Shown here one piece after another: positions 61,576 through 64,000 of a stretch of 64,000 nucleotides of DNA. A program made the translations under genes and the position numbers. The notes below the pieces were generated by a model. That model was not told the origin of the DNA. It saw nothing but the letters and a program-made list of their open reading frames with translations, and searched no databases. Positions within the stretch are counted from its first letter, which is position 1; every line of letters starts with the position of its first letter. The stretch is taken from assembly GCA_964291675.2 (NCBI GenBank), contig OZ219865.1, forward strand, positions 768,001 to 832,000. Direction: 5' to 3'. Source of the DNA: Alphaproteobacteria bacterium (GTDB taxonomy: Bacteria; Pseudomonadota; Alphaproteobacteria; MPNO01).

Positions 61576-62826
61576 ATGAAGACGGAAGGCTTGCACGTCG
61601 TGCGGCCGCGCGCGGCGGGTCTGGACGTGCACAAGATGGAGATCACCGCGACGGTTCGCCTGTGCGAGGGCGAGGGCGAGCCGGTGGTGGAGACGCGCTG
61701 CTTCAGCTCGCTTCCGAGCGGTCTGGCGGAGATGGTCGCCTGGCTGACCGGTCGCCGCGTCGAGGCCGCTGTCATGGAAGGGACCGGGATCTACTGGCAG
61801 GCGCCCTTCGCGGCGGTGGAGGCGGCGGGGATCGAAGCGATCCTGGTGCACGCGCGTCAGGTCAAGCAGTTGAAGGGGCGCAAGACCGATGTCGCCGACA
61901 GCGTGTGGCTGGCCTGCGTGTGCCAGTTCGGGCTCTGCACGCCTTCCCATGTTCCCCCCGAGCCGTTCCGGGAGCTGCGCTCGCTGAGCCGCCAGCGGCG
62001 TACCCTGGTCAGGCAGCGCTCGACCGTGCGCAACCGGGTGCAGAAGATCGTCGACCGCGCCGGCCTGCGCATCGGCGGCATCCTCTCCGACGTCTTCGGC
62101 GTCAACGGCCGCAAGATCCTCGACGGGCTGGCGCAAGCCACGCCGCGCGCGGTCATCCTCGCCTCGCTCACCGGCCACGTCGCCAACAAGCTGGAGGGGC
62201 TCGGCGAGGCGCTCTCCCTGAGCCTGGGCGACAACGACCGCTTCATGCTCGGCGATCTGCTGGACGAGCATGACGCGCTCGAGGCGCGCATCGCGTCCTA
62301 CGGCGAGAAGATCGACCGGCAGATGACGCCGTGGCAGGAACAGCTCCGCCTGCTGACCACCATCCCCGGCATCGACCGCATCGCCGCCTCGACCATCCTG
62401 ATCGAGATCGGCCCGGATATCGAGGCGTTCGCCTCCAAGCAGCACTTCGCCGCCTGGGCCGGGCTCTGCCCCGGCAACAACGAAAGCGGCGGAAAGCGCC
62501 GCAACGCGCGCACCCGAAGGGGCTCCAAGACGCTGCGCGCCAGCCTCGTCGAATGTGCCCACGGCGCGGCCCGAACCAAGGGGTGCCAGTTCGAGGCCCA
62601 CCACCGCGCGCTCGCCGCCCGGCGCGGATACAAGCGCGCCATCGTGGCCAGCGCACACAAGATGCTGCGCATCGTTTATGTCGTGCTCAAGACCGGCAGG
62701 CCCTACTACGACCGCACCGCCGACTACGACGCGCTGATGGTCAAGCGCAACGCCCCGCGCTGGATCCGAATGCTCCGCCGCTACGGCTACATCCAACCCC
62801 GGCGCGCCGAACCCAAGGCCACCTGA
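61576..62826 (+). CDS. IS110-family transposase/recombinase (DEDD RuvC plus Tnp domain)
   Basis: GLDVHK, VMEGTG.YW, GRKTDVADS, TIPGI, AWAGLCPGNNESGGK (catalytic Ser), KRAIVA.AHK; GAGGAGG RBS. Confidence 0.97.
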   Translation: MKTEGLHVVRPRAAGLDVHKMEITATVRLCEGEGEPVVETRCFSSLPSGLAEMVAWLTGRRVEAAVMEGTGIYWQAPFAAVEAAGIEAILVHARQVKQLKGRKTDVADSVWLACVCQFGLCTPSHVPPEPFRELRSLSRQRRTLVRQRSTVRNRVQKIVDRAGLRIGGILSDVFGVNGRKILDGLAQATPRAVILASLTGHVANKLEGLGEALSLSLGDNDRFMLGDLLDEHDALEARIASYGEKIDRQMTPWQEQLRLLTTIPGIDRIAASTILIEIGPDIEAFASKQHFAAWAGLCPGNNESGGKRRNARTRRGSKTLRASLVECAHGAARTKGCQFEAHHRALAARRGYKRAIVASAHKMLRIVYVVLKTGRPYYDRTADYDALMVKRNAPRWIRMLRRYGYIQPRRAEPKAT

Positions 62827-62996
62827 CCGGCCCGCATAACGCCGGACCGCCGCGCGGGACCGCTTCGGGCCACATCGGGGAAGTCCACCGCTCGTCTCGC
62901 CGCCCCCTTCCGGCGATCTCAGCCAACTCCCTCCCGGCGTTGGATGGGGCCCTCGCGCGCCCCCACCGAAACTGTTTCACGGCAACCGGACAGCAG

Positions 62997-63222
62997 TGGA
63001 TCGAGTCCGGGCATGACGATGGGGGGAGGCATGGCGCTGGGGCGGGCCGCGCCCGGCTCTCCATGCTCCTGCTCCTCCACCGCCACCACCACCCCGTCAT
63101 GGCCGGACTTGATCCGGCCATCCATGCGGCGTCTTCGCCTGCGAGGCGGCCGGGCGGGAGGGGCGGCGCCAGTGGGTGCCCGGATCACCCCCGGACTTGA
63201 TCCGGGGGCCGGGGCATGACGG
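62997..63222. repeat. Family-A REP/BIME cluster, right of the IS110
   Basis: GATCGAGTCCGGGCATGAC, GTCATGGCCGGACTTGATCCGGCCATCC and a nested-hairpin copy at 63174-63220. Confidence 0.88.
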
Positions 63223-63243
63223 TATGGTGGGCTGGCCGAAGCC

Positions 63244-63347
63244 CGTCCCTCCATACGGCCCTTCGGGCCTGCTCGGGATGAGGTGTTTTCGTGAAGGGCG
63301 CTCAACTCCTCCTGGGTAGCGCCCACAGGGCGCGTATCGAAGGACGC
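63244..63347. repeat. Degenerate family-B REP doublet
   Basis: CGTCCCTCCATACGGCCCTTCGGGCCTGCTCGGGATGAGG ... GCGTATCGAAGGACG. Confidence 0.8.
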
Positions 63348-63414
63348 CGCGCTTCCATCCCGAACCGACACGCCCTAGACTCCGCCGCCCGAGCGACATC
63401 CCGGAGGCGGAGCC

Positions 63415-64000
63415 ATGACGTCGCATGTGCTGGGCGGTGCGTTCGTTCCCCATGCGCCGCAGTTCTTCACCATGCCGGAGACCGAGGACCCCGACACGGT
63501 GGCGCGGGTGCGCGAGGTCGCCGGGCGGATCGGCGCGGCGCTGGCAGCGCTCAGGCCGGATGTCTGGATCGTGATCGCCAACGACCACGTCAACCAGTTC
63601 TTCCTGCACTGCACGCCGGCCTTCGCGCTGCACACCGGCGCCGAGGTCAGGGGCTCGTTCGCCGGGCGCGAGTTCCGCTACGAGGTGGCGAGCGCCACCG
63701 CGCACGGGCTGATCCGCCACCTCCAGTCCGAGGGGTTCGACCCCGCCTTCACCTCGACCGCCGAGATCGACTACGCCTTCGGCATCCCGCTCGCCCATCT
63801 CGGCGTCGACGCGCCGATCGTGCCGCTCTACGTCAACGCCTATGTGCCGCCGCAGCCCTCGATGGAGCGCTGCTACGGCTTCGGCCAGGCGCTGGCCCGG
63901 GCGCTGGCGGCGATCGACGTGCGCGCGGTGGTGATCGCGAGCGGCGGCATGTCGCATTTCCCGGGCACCGAGCGCTACTCCGAGCCCGACCTCGAATTCG
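63415..64000 (+). CDS. LigB-type (class III) extradiol ring-cleavage dioxygenase, runs off the window end
   Basis: Manual translation: PHAPQF, RPDVWIVIANDH, PIVPLYVN, PQPSMERCY.FG, ASGGMSHFPG; not in the ORF track because no stop lies in the window. Confidence 0.88.
   Translation, partial: MTSHVLGGAFVPHAPQFFTMPETEDPDTVARVREVAGRIGAALAALRPDVWIVIANDHVNQFFLHCTPAFALHTGAEVRGSFAGREFRYEVASATAHGLIRHLQSEGFDPAFTSTAEIDYAFGIPLAHLGVDAPIVPLYVNAYVPPQPSMERCYGFGQALARALAAIDVRAVVIASGGMSHFPGTERYSEPDLEF

Larger units (their letters stand above)
61228..62988 (+). mobile_element. IS110-family insertion sequence (about 1.76 kb)
   Basis: IS110 transposase; AACCG at 61223-61227 and 62984-62988; removing the element restores ATCTAAACCGGACAGCAGTGGATC, matching the empty motif at 46461-46484. 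Confidence 0.8.

Noticed and set aside
62970-62988. Circle-junction promoter for the bridge RNA
   Set aside because: TTCACG could be a -35, but no -10 at 16-18 nt spacing appears in the reconstructed junction.

Overview
High-GC (roughly 70% by eye) bacterial chromosome segment, most likely from an Alphaproteobacterium (inferred from the conserved murA-DUF2948-hisG-hisD-UPF0262-LMW-PTP-maf-rng-yacG-tRNA-Phe block at 27.8-35.0 kb). The rest is dense catabolic and transport content: three TRAP systems, a TctA-TctB fusion, amidohydrolases, SDRs, three molybdoenzymes (CoxL-like, PadB-like with fused PadC/D, acetylene-hydratase-like), AcdA desulfinase, a pyrB plus class-1A pyrD pair, and a meta-cleavage operon (dmpC/E/F/G/H plus a LigB-type dioxygenase). 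Intergenic DNA carries two families of REP/BIME-like palindromes and a MITE. Most notable: (i) an intact-looking IS110 recombinase element (about 61228-62988) flanked by AACCG repeats, with a structured ~350-bp left non-coding end (candidate bridge RNA). It is inserted into an ACCGGACAGCAGTG motif that also occurs empty at 46467 and that abuts REP palindromes. (ii) Integrase-less small gene islets bracketed by duplicated 3' ends of the upstream gene (dctM, dmpC). (iii) A MITE whose end regenerates the hisD start. (iv) An AcdA fusion to the small pre-murA protein, and absence of infA from its usual position. All calls come from reading motifs by eye; no searches were run.
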